DNA of 64,000 nt from an uncultured Spirochaetota bacterium (GCA_963768055.1 CAVYGN010000001.1:64001-128000); one strand, 5' to 3'; positions 29,303 through 40,071 are shown, counted from the first letter of the stretch. The notes: a model not told the origin generated them from the sequence alone. Made by a program: numbers and translations.

Positions 29303-30169
29303 ATGGAGGAAATGATGGTTTCCATTCACAAACTTTCCTTTTCTTATGGGAAAGGAAAAAATTTGTTTTCAGGTTTGAACCTGGAATTAACACCCGGGAA
29401 TATTTATGGGCTTCTCGGCAAAAACGGGGTAGGGAAGACAACCCTGCTTAAAATCATATCGGGGCTTCTTTTTTCACAATCCGGCGAATGCATGGTCTCG
29501 GGAATAAATTCAAAATACCGCAATCCGGAAGTTTTAAAAGATATTTATTTTATTCCGGAGGAATTTTATTCCCCGCCGGTAACTATAGGCCAGTATGAAT
29601 TTCTCCAGGCCCCGTTTTACCCCAAATTCGATCATGAAAATTTTTCCAGATTGATCGGTGAATTCAGCCTTTTCCGCAAGAATAAACTGACGGAGCTTTC
29701 TTTTGGGCAGAAAAAAAAATTCCAGCTGGCATTCGGTACGGCCACTAACAGCCGGCTTTTTATCCTGGACGAACCGACAAACGGGCTGGATATCCCCTCA
29801 AAAAGCCAGTTCAGGAAACTCCTCGCCTCATCTTTATCCGAAGAAAGGATCTTTATTATCTCTACGCACCAGGTCAGGGATATGGAGAATATCATAGATC
29901 CCATAATCATCCTTGATGACGGGAAAATAATCTTTAACGAGTCGATGGAAAATATTTCAAGACATCTTAATGTTTCCATCAGGCAGGATCTTGGAAATGA
30001 TAATAAAATCCTGTATTATGAAAGGGTTCCCGGCGGATACAGCGTATTGTCGGCCGATGGAAATTCCGGAGGTTCCAGGATCGACATTGAGGTCCTTTTT
30101 AATGCAGTAATATCGGAGAGGGAAAAGATGAAAGCCATTTTTAATTCGGAGGAAAAAAATGAATATTGA
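29303..30169 (+). CDS. ABC transporter ATP-binding protein (YtrB-like)
   Basis: GKNGVGKTT, LSFGQKKK and LDEPTNGLD motifs. Confidence 0.9.
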   Translation: MEEMMVSIHKLSFSYGKGKNLFSGLNLELTPGNIYGLLGKNGVGKTTLLKIISGLLFSQSGECMVSGINSKYRNPEVLKDIYFIPEEFYSPPVTIGQYEFLQAPFYPKFDHENFSRLIGEFSLFRKNKLTELSFGQKKKFQLAFGTATNSRLFILDEPTNGLDIPSKSQFRKLLASSLSEERIFIISTHQVRDMENIIDPIIILDDGKIIFNESMENISRHLNVSIRQDLGNDNKILYYERVPGGYSVLSADGNSGGSRIDIEVLFNAVISEREKMKAIFNSEEKNEY

Positions 30170-30893
30170 ATCCATAATAAATATCAATAGGGTCGTTTTC
30201 CTTATAAGGAACGAAATATTTTCTAATTACACGAAAATATTTACTGTATTCGGAGCGATAGCAGCAGTTTTATTTGTGAACATGCTTTTCTCCAGGAATA
30301 TAGGCGCCGGCTTGTTCGAGGCAATACTTTTTATAGGGGGGGTAATATATACCAGCGGCATATTCAAAGAATTGCACAATCCTCAGAAGGGAATCAGCTA
30401 TCTTATGCAGCCTGCATCGATACCGGAAAAATTTCTGGCCAAACTCCTGCTCTCAACCATCGGGTATTCACTAGCGGTAATAGTTTTTTTATTTCTATTT
30501 TCCGTTGTGATTTCAGGTTTAAGTTCGGTCATTTTTGGAAAAGGAAGTCCTTTATTTAATCCTTTTACATTGAATGTGATCTGGATGATACTGAATTATT
30601 TCATAATCCAGTCGGTCTTTCTGCTGGGTTCGGTTTATTTTAAAAGGTCGGCTTTATTCAAAACAATTCTGGCATTGTTCGTTTTCGTAATTTTGTTAGG
30701 GCTTATGAGTTTTATTTCGATCAGAATCGTTTATGGAAACGATTTAAGCTTGAATTTACAGGAATTATCAGGCAGCTTCAAAAATTATTTCATAAGCTAC
30801 ATACCGGGAATTGCGAAAACTTTATACCTTTTCGCAGCGGCTCCCCTTTTCTGGATAGTCGGTTATTTTCGATTAAAAGAAACAGAGGTTTAA
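30159..30893 (+). CDS. ABC-2-type permease
   Basis: about 6 TM; YLMQPASIPEKFLAK; operon context. Confidence 0.75.
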   Translation: MNIESIININRVVFLIRNEIFSNYTKIFTVFGAIAAVLFVNMLFSRNIGAGLFEAILFIGGVIYTSGIFKELHNPQKGISYLMQPASIPEKFLAKLLLSTIGYSLAVIVFLFLFSVVISGLSSVIFGKGSPLFNPFTLNVIWMILNYFIIQSVFLLGSVYFKRSALFKTILALFVFVILLGLMSFISIRIVYGNDLSLNLQELSGSFKNYFISYIPGIAKTLYLFAAAPLFWIVGYFRLKETEV

Positions 30894-30894
30894 T

Positions 30895-31275
30895 ATGGAA
30901 TTCCGGAACCGGGAGTCTATTTACCTCCAGATAGGGGATTTTATCTGTGAAAATATTTTACTTGAAAAATGGAAGGCGGGGGAGAAGATACCCTCGGTCC
31001 GCGATATGGCTGTGAGTATCGAGGTGAATCCCAACACGGTAATGCGAACATACTCTTATCTTCAGGAAAAGGGCATTATAAACAATCAGCGCGGGATCGG
31101 ATATTTTATAACTGACGAATCCTATGAAAATACACTGAAATTGAAAAAGAAGGAATTTATCGATACGGAACTCGGAAGGCTTTTTAAGGATATGGAACTT
31201 CTCGGATTATCGATCGAGGACCTGATTACTTTATATCAAAATTATAAAAGCTTGAATAAGGAGAAAAATATATGA
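30895..31275 (+). CDS. GntR family (YtrA subfamily) regulator
   Basis: IYLQI, PSVRDMA, VNPNTVMRTY and RGIGYFI motifs. Confidence 0.95.
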   Translation: MEFRNRESIYLQIGDFICENILLEKWKAGEKIPSVRDMAVSIEVNPNTVMRTYSYLQEKGIINNQRGIGYFITDESYENTLKLKKKEFIDTELGRLFKDMELLGLSIEDLITLYQNYKSLNKEKNI

Positions 31276-31988
31276 AGACTTCAGACAAAATATTGATTTA
31301 TGCAGGTTTTTTTGTATTGATATTGATAACCGCATTAATTGTTTTTTCGAGGATTACTCTTCACCGTCAAAACCCTGCGGTCGATCAAAAAGAGCATTCC
31401 GCCGGCGGTGAAATAATCACAAAAGAATTTCAGCTGGACGGGTTTTCCGGAATTTCCGTTTCAGGGGGCTGGGAGGTTGAAATAACTTCCGGCGGTTCAA
31501 ATCAATACCAGGTGCGGATAGATCTTCCGGAGTCCGATTCCGATAACCTCGATGTTTATAAGGATGGCGGATTGCTGATCGTTAAATACAAAAATTTTTC
31601 ATTTTATACCCCTGGGGAACATAAAATCAAGGTTACTATGCCGAAAATCGCCCGGATTGATTCGAGCGGGGATGCGAAAATTTTCTTCACGGGTTTTCAG
31701 TCCGGAAATCTGGATATATCAAGTTCAGGAAGCTGCAGACTTCTAGACGGTACCAATACTATCGGACGCTTATCGATCGATAGTTCCGGTTCTTCGCAAA
31801 TAAACCTTAACGGCAGTCCGGTTACAAACGCCTATGTTCATACATCCGGATCCAGTACGGTAGAACTTAATATGGCCGGAGGCGATCTTACCGTAAACAC
31901 CAGCGGATCAGCATCTGTAATTTATTCCGGCGCGGCGGGTAAATTAAATGTAAGCCAATCGGGATCGGGTTCGGTTACTAAGAGATAA
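31272..31988 (+). CDS. GIN/DUF2807 beta-helix protein
   Basis: N-terminal TM; FSGISVSGG; repeated SGS beta-helix units. Confidence 0.8.
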   Translation: MKTSDKILIYAGFFVLILITALIVFSRITLHRQNPAVDQKEHSAGGEIITKEFQLDGFSGISVSGGWEVEITSGGSNQYQVRIDLPESDSDNLDVYKDGGLLIVKYKNFSFYTPGEHKIKVTMPKIARIDSSGDAKIFFTGFQSGNLDISSSGSCRLLDGTNTIGRLSIDSSGSSQINLNGSPVTNAYVHTSGSSTVELNMAGGDLTVNTSGSASVIYSGAAGKLNVSQSGSGSVTKR

Positions 31989-32194
31989 TCACGAATTAAT
32001 TAATTGTTTCATTTAGCCGGCTAAGCCGGCTGTATTGTCCTCTTCATCAGTAAATCCTCCAGATGCAGGTACATAATATGGCCTGCATTTTATTATTGAG
32101 GGAGATCCGGCGAATTCAATAGTCATGCAACTTTTTCTCATAATGAATTAATAAGCTATAATATAATAACTTGAAATTTAGAGAGGCATATCTA

Positions 32195-32581
32195 ATGGAT
32201 AAAGATAAAGAACCTCCCATTTTTGACACAAACCCGCTTGTCCTCCGGGATGAGATGATTATGAAGCCTGTGCTGGCTTCAGGTCCCGGAGGCCAGCATA
32301 TAAATAAGACATCGTCGGCAATCCAGGTCTATCATCAGAAATCCGGAATTCGTTTCCGGGTGCAGGATTCCCGCGACCAGTTCCAGAACAGAAAGATAGC
32401 GGTAGAAAGGCTGGCAATGAAACTCGAAAAACTAAATGAAAAGAACAGATTAAAACTGGCTGAAAATAAAAGGAAAAATAAAGTATGGAAGAAACCTAGA
32501 AAAATCAAAGAAATGATACTAAAAGACAAAAGGAAAATATCGGAAAAGAAGGAATCGCGAAAGGGACCCTTAGCCGATTAA
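32195..32581 (+). CDS. peptidyl-tRNA hydrolase domain (GGQ) ribosome-rescue factor, ArfB-like
   Basis: SGPGGQHINKTSSA, SRDQFQNR and a basic C-terminal tail. Confidence 0.8.
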   Translation: MDKDKEPPIFDTNPLVLRDEMIMKPVLASGPGGQHINKTSSAIQVYHQKSGIRFRVQDSRDQFQNRKIAVERLAMKLEKLNEKNRLKLAENKRKNKVWKKPRKIKEMILKDKRKISEKKESRKGPLAD

Positions 32582-32796
32582 AGGTTGTATTTAACCTTGA
32601 TCTCCTGTTCGGCTTTTAACCAATCCGATATTTCATTGCCTGGCATTCCATTATTTTTCCTTTCCAGATAAAGTTCATAAGATCGTTTTTTAATTTCATT
32701 CAAAAAATCTTTGAGTTCCGGCTTTACTTTCGGGCTCCTCTTTTTTGCAGTTTTTTTTGCCGGTTTTTTTGTCGAGGTCTCTTTTTTTGAAGCCAT
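32578..32796 (-). CDS. DUF2934-like small protein
   Basis: IKKRSYELYLER...DWLKAEQEI; Lys-rich N-terminus; GGAGG RBS. Confidence 0.75.
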   Translation of the reverse strand: MASKKETSTKKPAKKTAKKRSPKVKPELKDFLNEIKKRSYELYLERKNNGMPGNEISDWLKAEQEIKVKYNL

Positions 32797-32992
32797 AATA
32801 ATTCCCCTCCTAAACACTAAAAGAATTATAATAATCGCCCTGCAATAAAGCAAAATAATTAAAGGGTCGGCAAGCTTATAAAAAATTCCCTACGGCTCTT
32901 TGCAGCGGGTCATAATTCCTGTTATAATTTTTAAGGATTTCATATAAGTCCGGTTATTTTAGGAAGATATCACGATGCCCTTTGACAAAATT

Positions 32993-34078
32993 ATGAAAAT
33001 AATTGTGAAACCTTATACACTGGGATTGCTATTACTGATAACCGGATGCGAATTGAATCCGGAAGGCAGCAATCAACATGTCAGTCCAAGGAATTCCAGC
33101 TCTTCGTCATCGTCGTCATCGCAGTCCCATTCGTCAGTCAGCAACCCGACAAATTTGGTTTTAAATCATTTCGGGACACAAATTATAGGCAATCACTTCC
33201 AGGTGATCGTTTCAAGCTGGCTTAGTAACGGTTCAACATATTTTGCCACAAACTCATTATTAGACAAGGAAGATATCAGCATCCTTTTCGCTTGCGAACA
33301 AACCCCTGTTATCTTTAATGGAAAATATTATGAAGTAGTCTCCGTGCATCCGGCTGTCGGAGGCCAGGAGAATAATATTAATACTTATATTGTCGTAATG
33401 AATGTTGATGGAGTAAATAATATAGTCGCCAGGACAGGCACCTTTACAAGCATGTGCTGCGCTATTGTAAATGGCGGCACTCTTTATATATACGGTACTT
33501 TATTGAGCAGAAACGGCATAACCAGAGATTGCCAGATTCCCTGGGTATTTTATACTCAGGACCTCATTAACTTTCAATCTAACCAGGTATTTTCAACAGA
33601 CCCGACGAATACGATCTTTAATACCAGTGTTTGTTTTGATGGTACCAGATATGTTATGGCGCTGGAAGCGGGTTATTTTAATCCGGTATTCGCGCAATCT
33701 GCCGACGGGAAGAATTTTACTCTGATGAACCTTAAATATCAGAACGGAAGTTATAATGCATGTCCGACTATACGCTATTCAAACGGTTATTATTATATGA
33801 TTTATCTTATTTATACGAATGGCCTGTATAATGAAATGATCACAAGGACTGCCGACTTTGTCAATTGGCAGGATTCAGTCAAGAATCCGGTTTTAGTTCC
33901 CGATTCTTTTGACATGAAGGATCCGTCGTGCATTGATACTTCGGATATAGATATGGTCGAATATGGGGGGCAGCTTCATGTTTATTATTGCATCGGCAAT
34001 CAGTCCAGCTGGTTCAATATAAGGCGCGCCTATTATAATGGGACTATGGCCAATTTTTTCAACTGGTTTTATATGTGA
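32993..34078 (+). CDS. lipoprotein with Ser linker and five-bladed beta-propeller glycosidase-like domain
   Basis: LITGC lipobox; poly-Ser; ACPTIRYSNGYYYMIY, KNPVL and SDID motifs. Confidence 0.65.
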   Translation: MKIIVKPYTLGLLLLITGCELNPEGSNQHVSPRNSSSSSSSSSQSHSSVSNPTNLVLNHFGTQIIGNHFQVIVSSWLSNGSTYFATNSLLDKEDISILFACEQTPVIFNGKYYEVVSVHPAVGGQENNINTYIVVMNVDGVNNIVARTGTFTSMCCAIVNGGTLYIYGTLLSRNGITRDCQIPWVFYTQDLINFQSNQVFSTDPTNTIFNTSVCFDGTRYVMALEAGYFNPVFAQSADGKNFTLMNLKYQNGSYNACPTIRYSNGYYYMIYLIYTNGLYNEMITRTADFVNWQDSVKNPVLVPDSFDMKDPSCIDTSDIDMVEYGGQLHVYYCIGNQSSWFNIRRAYYNGTMANFFNWFYM

Positions 34079-34191
34079 TGATATGCCCCGGGATGGCAAA
34101 CCAGGCTTTGAATCAAAAATTTTTATTAAAAATATATGCAATAACTTGACACTACGAAATAACGGGATTATCCTTATTTAGGAGTTGAAAA

Positions 34192-34455
34192 ATGAAACTT
34201 TATGTAGGAAATCTATCGTTCAACATGACCGATTCGAGTTTGAGTGATATTTTTAAGGAATTCGGCGCTGTGAATGAAGTTACCATCGTTATTGACCGCG
34301 AATCAGGTAGATCGAAAGGTTTCGGGTTCATTGAAATGCCAAATCAGGCTGAAGCTGAAGAAGCTATCAAGCAGCTTGACGGCAAGGAAGTTGACGGCAG
34401 AAAAATTAAAGTGAATGTCGCCAAACCGAAAGAAGATCGTTCTCGCCGCTATTAG
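34192..34455 (+). CDS. RRM RNA-binding protein
   Basis: KLYVGNL (RNP2) and KGFGFIEM (RNP1). Confidence 0.95.
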   Translation: MKLYVGNLSFNMTDSSLSDIFKEFGAVNEVTIVIDRESGRSKGFGFIEMPNQAEAEEAIKQLDGKEVDGRKIKVNVAKPKEDRSRRY

Positions 34456-34651
34456 TCAATTTTCCGCATTGCTTCAGAGGATTGTCTGGAACCGCTGTCA
34501 AAGAAGTCATAGAGGTGTTTATTTTATATCGCCTCAAGAGGCGTTTGTGCCGTACAATGAGGATGTGAGAGAGGCTGAGAAATTAGGGCTGTTAAAATAT
34601 CCTCTTTATCCGAACGGGCGGATAGTCTTACCGCGACAGCGGGCTTTTTGA

Positions 34652-34840
34652 TCAGTCCTGATAGAGCGCGGCAGGATCCAAATCCTTTGATGAAGAAGCG
34701 GGAATGCCTGTTTCAATAATATCGACGCCTGATTTTTCAATCTGAATCGCAACGGCAATTTTGTCTTCAATTGAAAAGCCGATACCCGGCCCCTTTTCTC
34801 CTACCTGAAGAGTCGTATCGAGTATGAATAGCTTTTTCAT
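34652..34840 (-). pseudogene. N-terminal fragment of a 2-isopropylmalate synthase-like (DRE-TIM) gene
   Basis: ILDTTLQVGEKGPG (degenerate DTTLRDGEQ) and GVDIIETGIPASS; stops after 62 aa. Confidence 0.7.
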
Positions 34841-35146
34841 GTTATACCTCCTTTAAGCAAATACCTTTTTCCTGCCATTGATTATCAATAGCAATTTTAT
34901 TTTATCCTGCCATGGACATGCAATTTGCCTCAAAGTAAGGAATAAAAGGTTTTTCCTTATTTCCCGGAAATTGATACCAATCTAAAAAGTGATTAATATT
35001 TAATCATTTTTATATAATAAGATTATATTATAATCTGGTTAAATTATTTTAGCATAATAATTACTCATTATTTTGAAATTGCAGTAGCTCATTTAACTTA
35101 TTTGATAATAAGGAATTATAATATCACCTGATTAAAATATAGAATG

Positions 35147-35163
35147 TTGGTATAAATATTGCT
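35147..35163 (+). promoter_or_regulatory. sigma54 -24/-12 promoter
   Basis: TTGGTATAAATATTGCT = GG-N10-GC, about 40 nt before the permease start, in a long AT-rich intergenic region. Confidence 0.65.
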
Positions 35164-35202
35164 TCATTTATTTAAAGAGATTTTTAGATAAAGGAGGATT
35201 CT

Positions 35203-37104
35203 ATGTCTGAAAGAATAATAACCGGTCCGAAGATTGTTCCGACTCTGGGTTTTATGGGCGCTGCAATTAACGCAATGGCGCTGATCGCTCCCGGGGCGTT
35301 TCTCTGGATCACATACCAGATGCAGGCCGCGGCCACGGCTACAAGCGGGGCGTCTGCGGCGCTGGATATGTGGCCGGGTATATTAGTCGCTCTTGTGCTG
35401 GCTTTTTTGACGGCCCTGTCCTACGCGGAACTCGCAAGGATATATCCGGAAGCCGGTTTTGCAAGCTGCGCTTACTTCGCGGAGAAGGCTTGCCTTGATG
35501 CTGCAAAGGAAAAACGTGCGGCCCCCGCTTCTTTCGCACGTCTCTCCAAACTTGTGACCGGCTGGGCCGCCCACCTGTTCTACTGGGTTTACCCCGGCGT
35601 TATGGTGGCCATGATGTCGATACTCATAGGCTATATATATAATGCTGTAACGGGCCAGACCCTCTCGAACACGGTCCTGGTCATCATCGGTATAGTTTTT
35701 GCCTTCGTCATGGGTTATATCGCTTACAGGGGCGTCAATGGCTCCACGAAGACCAATATTGTGGTAAATATAATCCAGTGGGTGGCTATTGTTGTATTTA
35801 GCGGCCTTGCGATATGGTACAGGATATCCAACCCCGAACATGTTCAAAACTGGTCTTTTACCGGCACGTACGATATCCTCAAATTCCACAATATCCAGGC
35901 CGTACTGGTTCAGTCCACGATCGCCATCCTTATACTCGTCGGCTTCGAAAGCGCGACCGCGCTGGGCGCCGAGACAAAAGAGCCGGGGAAAAATATCCCC
36001 AAGGCTATAATCCTGGCGTTATTTGTCCAGGGTGTTATAGCGTACCTCTTCGAATACTTCGCGGCAAACCTTATGGCCAGTGAAAAGCTTACAGGTACGA
36101 TTACTGTTGCGGCGACTGCCTCAGCTAAAGCTTACACGAAGACTGTGACCGGCATGGACTGGCTTGCCGCATCTTCCGCGCCGATCGGCGATATGACGAG
36201 GCTTCTCGGCGACAAACTCCTGGGCGGTATAGGCTTCGGGCTTATGATAATCATGGCTGTAACCGTCGCGATAGCGGTAATAGGCACGACCCTTAGCTGT
36301 ATGAATACTGCCGTCCGGGTGACGAACGGCATGGCAGCGGACAGGGAACTTCCGGAATTCCTGGGGTTCCTCCACACCGAGCATAAGTCTCCGCATACCG
36401 CCATCTGGGTGCTTGTCGCAGTTTCCTGTGTAATAGCGGCTATCGGCATACCGAATATTGTCGGTTTGACGGGCATTACCCTTGCATCCAACTTCGGCAC
36501 GTTCGTCCTGTACGGTTTCGTATGCATATGGACTATAATCGCTTTTAAAGGCCGAAAGGATTTTAACCTGCTCAGGCATGGCGTTATTCCTGCAGGAGGG
36601 CTGATCCTGAACATCCTGATGCTTGCAGGGATAATCTACCTGAACTTTACCGGAACGGCGGATAATGTTACCGAAGCGAGTATATGTTTTTACATAGCGG
36701 GCGGCTTTGCTCTTGTAAGCTTCCTGTATGTGGTGATTACGACCGTCAACAAGAATTATAGCATGAAAATGATATCGGCGATGATACGTCCTGAAAAGCT
36801 GGGAATACTTGTCGCTGTGTTAAAGGAAGAATCCCTTGTCCAGGGCATGACTGTTACAAAAGTCAAGGGTTTCGGCCGGACATACGGCAAGGTCGATCCG
36901 GATGAACCGGTCGACGAGAAGATAAGCTTTATCCCCAAAACCAGGATCGATATAGTCGTAAACGACTGGGATGTTCCCCATGTCCTGGCTATAATGAAGG
37001 AAGTTTTAAGGACCGGTAAAGCCGGTGACGGCAAGATCTTTGTTACCGACACAAAGGAAACCTTGAGGGTTTCCACCGGTGAAACAGGGGTCCTTGCCGT
37101 ATAG
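35203..37104 (+). CDS. APC family amino acid/amine permease fused to a C-terminal P-II domain
   Basis: LVGFES and ETKEPGKNIPKA permease motifs; MKMISAMIRPEK...KGFGR...TGKAGDGKIFV...RVSTGETG. Confidence 0.9.
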   Translation: MSERIITGPKIVPTLGFMGAAINAMALIAPGAFLWITYQMQAAATATSGASAALDMWPGILVALVLAFLTALSYAELARIYPEAGFASCAYFAEKACLDAAKEKRAAPASFARLSKLVTGWAAHLFYWVYPGVMVAMMSILIGYIYNAVTGQTLSNTVLVIIGIVFAFVMGYIAYRGVNGSTKTNIVVNIIQWVAIVVFSGLAIWYRISNPEHVQNWSFTGTYDILKFHNIQAVLVQSTIAILILVGFESATALGAETKEPGKNIPKAIILALFVQGVIAYLFEYFAANLMASEKLTGTITVAATASAKAYTKTVTGMDWLAASSAPIGDMTRLLGDKLLGGIGFGLMIIMAVTVAIAVIGTTLSCMNTAVRVTNGMAADRELPEFLGFLHTEHKSPHTAIWVLVAVSCVIAAIGIPNIVGLTGITLASNFGTFVLYGFVCIWTIIAFKGRKDFNLLRHGVIPAGGLILNILMLAGIIYLNFTGTADNVTEASICFYIAGGFALVSFLYVVITTVNKNYSMKMISAMIRPEKLGILVAVLKEESLVQGMTVTKVKGFGRTYGKVDPDEPVDEKISFIPKTRIDIVVNDWDVPHVLAIMKEVLRTGKAGDGKIFVTDTKETLRVSTGETGVLAV

Positions 37105-37129
37105 GATTTATCCTGAAAGGAGGCATTAA

Positions 37130-37407
37130 ATGAAAAGAATAGAAGCAATAGTAAGGCAGAAAAAGCGGGTGCTGTGGTAACGGCCCTTGGCCGGATCGGG
37201 CACCCGGGTATAATGATAAGCGAGATAGAAGGACATGGAAAACAGCATGGCCTGGAGGATAATGTCCGCGGAAAAAAATATACAATCGACCTGATAACCA
37301 AGACGCGTATCGAGATAATCGCTAAAGATCCCGATGTAAAAAAACTTGTCAATGCGATAAGAGAAGCGTTTTTACTTAATCATCGCAACCGTTCTTATAT
37401 TATTTAA
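37130..37407 (+). pseudogene. P-II (GlnB/GlnK) gene, frameshifted and 3'-truncated
   Basis: AAGGAGG RBS; MKRIEAIVRQ then frame change near 37160 to AGAVVTALGRIGHPG...EGHGKQ...RGKKY...KTRIEII; lacks GDGKIFV. Confidence 0.75.
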
Positions 37408-38637
37408 AAGCGTATCTGCATTCTTAAGCCATATGCCGACTTCCCTGTCATCATATGAAATTGCCCTTTCGGCCCATTGCCTGCAGTACGAACATACCAG
37501 GGATTTGTCATTTATAACCCTGTCGCTGCCCATTCCATCACAAACCTTTTTATCGCATTCATAGTTTGTTACAAATTTTTTTAAAAATCCGTCCAATTTT
37601 TTATTATCGATATAAAGGCTGGAAGGAAACTTAAAGAAATCAAAAAACCTGGCCAGTTCCTCCAGATTTGTTTTCCCTGCCGTGTCTTGCCCGGCCTTTT
37701 TAATCTCTTTAATATCTTTAATAGACGGCCAGAACATCAGGTCTAACAGGTTTCCTTTGTATTCTCTCGATATATAAGCCTGTGCAACCCTTGATAAAAA
37801 TTCGGTAGTTTTAGTTCTATCGACGAGCTTCATAGAAAAATTGTAATTACCCGTTTTATTGCAAAGCTCTTCATAGAGGTATATGTCCTCGGGCCTGATA
37901 AATTCGGCGGCTATATTATGTACGGGATATTTGAATTTTTCCGTGCAGCAATTCATTACATTGTAATCTATAATTAAATTTTCCGATGGGTCGCCTTTTC
38001 TGCTTGAATGCGACTGGCTTGTCGAGTGGGAAATACGATTAGGGCAATAGTGCAGGCATGAACTATTTGCAAAGATCCGGAGCGCAACATTTGAATTCCT
38101 GGTATAGCTCAGCATATCCTCAAGCAATTCAAAGTTTCTATTATTATAGTTTTGCAATGTGATTTCATCCGCGCCCATCTCTTCCCAATACTTTATGTGC
38201 TGCAGTTCGCAAATACAGGCGTGCGCCCCGATTGTAACCTTTAAATCCGGAAAAAGTTTTTTAACTATAGTCAATAGATATGAAGAATTAAGGGTTATCC
38301 GGTCCGTACCCATCTCTACAAGGGATTCAACCAGCCGGATCATTTCATTAAGGATGGTTTTATCAAATTCTTTATTTGCCAGACACATGGGATTTAAAAG
38401 GTAGTTAAACTGCAGTCCGTTATCATGGCAAAGTTTTATATAGCTTCCAAGCGACTCCCTGGAAAGCTCCGGTAGGAGCATAGAGTATCTTCCGCCTCCC
38501 ACAGCATCGCTTTTTTGCTTCCCATAGACAGATTTTATCGATTTTTCGATATCAATTTTTACTATCTCTTTAATTAATTGAGGATCGAAGTTCGTTGCCA
38601 GAGAATAATTCATTTTGAATTTTTCCGGACTTTGCAT
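37372..38637 (-). CDS. U32 peptidase family protein (Cys-rich)
   Basis: FNYLLNPMC, ANSSCLHYCP, FIRPED and KLVDR motifs. Confidence 0.8.
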   Translation of the reverse strand: MQSPEKFKMNYSLATNFDPQLIKEIVKIDIEKSIKSVYGKQKSDAVGGGRYSMLLPELSRESLGSYIKLCHDNGLQFNYLLNPMCLANKEFDKTILNEMIRLVESLVEMGTDRITLNSSYLLTIVKKLFPDLKVTIGAHACICELQHIKYWEEMGADEITLQNYNNRNFELLEDMLSYTRNSNVALRIFANSSCLHYCPNRISHSTSQSHSSRKGDPSENLIIDYNVMNCCTEKFKYPVHNIAAEFIRPEDIYLYEELCNKTGNYNFSMKLVDRTKTTEFLSRVAQAYISREYKGNLLDLMFWPSIKDIKEIKKAGQDTAGKTNLEELARFFDFFKFPSSLYIDNKKLDGFLKKFVTNYECDKKVCDGMGSDRVINDKSLVCSYCRQWAERAISYDDREVGIWLKNADTLLNNIRTVAMIK

Positions 38638-38730
38638 TTCTTTATCTCCAAATTTGCCGCATACGGACGGCGATTGCAGGAGATAGTATAAAATGAGGCA
38701 AAATAATAGTCAAAACCCTAAATGACCGGG

Positions 38731-40071
38731 TCATCGCGGCGGGATGTAGTCCCTGTATTCTTCAATCCAGCCGTTTTGAAGCATTACCCTGACTTTTGTT
38801 CTTCCTGTTATATTTTCAGGTAAAGGGCTTGTCCATGATTTGCCCGGAGGCAATGAAAAATTAGTCGAATAAGAGCTGTCTGATCCGTCAATAAGGACTT
38901 TTCCGTTCGTTATTCCGTATTCCGTAGGATTATCCAGCTGCAAAGTCATATCGGGATGAACTATTTCGATATTTACCGGATCGATGATCCTAATTAAAAC
39001 AATGCCGGGCCTTATATCGTTCGTACTGTTAAATTCGGATTGATAAAAAAGATATACATTGGTTTTGACTGTGAAAGCAGGGATTTTTACCGGGATGACG
39101 ACTGTTTCCTGATCCGCTGAAAATTTGATGTTTCCCGAGATTTTGGGATTTTTCTCCAGGTTAAAATGAATCATTCCGCCCTTTGACATATCTGTTTTAT
39201 CCCGGCGTAAATCCAGCAAAAGCGTTTCACCGGGGTAAATATGAACTTCGTTATTTTCAGGCTTGAATGCCGGATTTGTGCAATTGAACATGCATTTATA
39301 TAAAAACATGGTAATGTGTGTTACTGCGCTGTAAAAAAATTCGTCATTTTCCCCGAGGCCTCCTCCTTCCATGACTCCATGGCCCATGCCCTTCAAGGTA
39401 AGCAGTTCATTAAAGATACCCTTATCGGTTAGTAATCTTGAAAAATTGGCGCTGGTTTCATAAGGAACAAACTGATCTTTATCGCCATGGATCAGAATAG
39501 TCGGAGTATCGGTAAGCTTAAACGCCGGAAACGAAAATGACCCGTAAATACTTATTATCGCGAAAAGCCCGCTTTTATCCGGATAGTTGTGAGCGATTTC
39601 ACCGCCGGCTGAAGCTCCTCCAAGGGCGATGAAATTTGAATTTATTCCATACCTTACGCTGTTTTCTCTTACCCAGGCTACGGCTTTTTCCGTATCGGCT
39701 ATAGCGTTAGCATAAGCCTTCGCCCAATTCAATTCAGGATGATCCGCAAGGGTATAATTTATCGAAATAACGACATAACCCCGCCTTGCAAGAGCTTCGG
39801 CCAGGGTCTCTAGCTGTGTTTTATCGCCGGTGGAAAACCCTCCGCCATGCACAAGTATAATTGCAGGACGGCTTAATGCCTTATCTTTTGACGGCCTGTA
39901 AATATCCAAAGTAAGATTAGTATTCTGCGGGGAGTAAACCAGGTCATTTTCCGCATCGATTTTATCAAAAATCGGAATTAAGTAACGCAGGGTTTCATTG
40001 CCCTTATTCTGTGAAAATCCAACTGATGAAAATAGAACGGCAATTGTTAATATAAAAATGATTTTCCTCAT
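38731..40071 (-). CDS. secreted alpha/beta hydrolase (esterase)
   Basis: HGGGF, GASAGG, HGDKD and GH triad motifs. Confidence 0.9.
   Translation of the reverse strand: MRKIIFILTIAVLFSSVGFSQNKGNETLRYLIPIFDKIDAENDLVYSPQNTNLTLDIYRPSKDKALSRPAIILVHGGGFSTGDKTQLETLAEALARRGYVVISINYTLADHPELNWAKAYANAIADTEKAVAWVRENSVRYGINSNFIALGGASAGGEIAHNYPDKSGLFAIISIYGSFSFPAFKLTDTPTILIHGDKDQFVPYETSANFSRLLTDKGIFNELLTLKGMGHGVMEGGGLGENDEFFYSAVTHITMFLYKCMFNCTNPAFKPENNEVHIYPGETLLLDLRRDKTDMSKGGMIHFNLEKNPKISGNIKFSADQETVVIPVKIPAFTVKTNVYLFYQSEFNSTNDIRPGIVLIRIIDPVNIEIVHPDMTLQLDNPTEYGITNGKVLIDGSDSSYSTNFSLPPGKSWTSPLPENITGRTKVRVMLQNGWIEEYRDYIPPR

Noticed and set aside
34415..34651. 78-aa ORF or possible ncRNA after the RRM gene
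   Set aside because: No RBS, motif or stable structure that I can support.
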